From: a virus
Lineage: Duplodnaviria > Caudoviricetes
Length of the DNA stretch: 34,153 nucleotides
Reading direction: 5' to 3' (one strand)
IMG/VR virus record: IMGVR_UViG_3300031999_000113
Coordinates: 1 to 34,153 of that record
The notes below the pieces were generated by a model that had not been told where the DNA came from, did no database searches, and saw nothing but the letters and a program-made list of their open reading frames with translations. How positions within the stretch are numbered: position 1 is the stretch's first letter; each line of letters begins with the position of its first letter. A program made the translations under genes and the position numbers. Positions 33,396 through 34,153 of the stretch are shown one piece after another.

Positions 33396-34153
33396 TTGAC
33401 TTGGAAGTCCAGAAGTGGATAACAAGGGCGAACCAGAAATGGACGCTGAACGACTAAACGGTGGGGGCATTCAAAGATGAAAGGGCTTTCCCGGCCAAGT
33501 AATCTGTGGGTGCATGCGATAGTCTGGTCTCACCTATAACAAAAGAAGGGTGAGAGGGGAATCCGAAGAGGTTCCCCCGCCATCGAAAGATGGTCACAGG
33601 GCGAAAGCCCTAGCAACAGAAAACGATCAAGGCTTCGTGAGGATGTTTGCTGCTGGTGGTGTTCCGCCAACAGGCCCGTCAGTTCTGCTTGCCACTGCGG
33701 CAGGCGTCAACCTTGTGCTTGAGCCGATCTATTCATCGGCGGTGTGGGGCGCAGGCTGGTATAACGCGGCAATGTCGGCGCATTATGCCGATGCCGCACT
33801 GCGCTATGAGGGCACAGTTGATGTTGAAATGCAGCTCGGCGTGTCTGGCGTCATCTGGGACTACTTGGCGAAGTGGATAGGCTCAGAAAGAGCATACCCG
33901 CGTTCGCTGGATATCTCTCCCGATGGCGCACGGGTGTACCAGTATCGCACTTCTGGTGCATATGCGGCCAACTACGATCTGTATGGCGCATGGAACTCGA
34001 CGGCTGGTTTTTCAACCAGTGCTGGCTCATTCCTGACGGCATCACTGGGCGTGATTGCGCTGTTCCGTGATGAGTTCGATCCGACTGGAGTCGCGAATAA
34101 CTACTCCAACTACACATACATCCTTCAGAAGAAGGGCGTAATAGCGTCTAACT
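33355..34153 (+). CDS. Probable tail tube protein, spliced (exon 33355-33367 + 33626 to window end), 3'-truncated
   Basis: AAGGAG RBS; splicing gives MGMGY-QGFVRMFAAGG..., open to the window end; the tube call is from synteny and composition. Confidence 0.65.
33368..33625 (+). ncRNA. Group I intron 3 (ORF-less, 258 nt)
   Basis: P1 exon AUGGGAU/GUCCCAU with U.G; P7 GACUA/UAGUC; P3 near CCCCGCC/GGUGGGG; GNRA-capped P9 hairpins; ends GCAACAGAAAACG; removal restores the frame. Confidence 0.85.

Noticed and set aside
33647-34117. Short ORFs 33647-33880, 33873-34070 and 33851-34117
   Set aside because: Alternative frames over the spliced tube-like gene, which is open to the window end

Overview
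Head-to-tail morphogenesis region of a large tailed bacteriophage (standard code 11; all credible genes on the + strand). The order is: partial prohead protease, scaffold-like proteins, head decoration protein, major capsid protein, an accessory block, tmRNA and tRNA-Met, neck/connector genes, and the start of a probable tail tube gene. The capsid gene is split by two group I introns, each carrying a LAGLIDADG endonuclease, leaving a 43-nt middle exon. The tube gene is split by an ORF-less group I intron after only 13 coding nt. Four free-standing homing-type endonucleases are present. Two different repeated upstream motifs (8 copies each) divide most promoter-bearing genes into two classes. 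Many proteins downstream of the 'late-like' motif share a short amphipathic helix tag (e.g. ELxxIAKELxA / RIAxKIxA), attached to varied domains including an ADP-ribosyltransferase, an HExxH peptidase and a P-loop kinase. This suggests a modular virion cargo-loading system. Also seen are a solitary type I-C CRISPR-like repeat just upstream of tmRNA and an unexplained structured ncRNA candidate. Product calls rest on motifs and synteny only; no database search was run.
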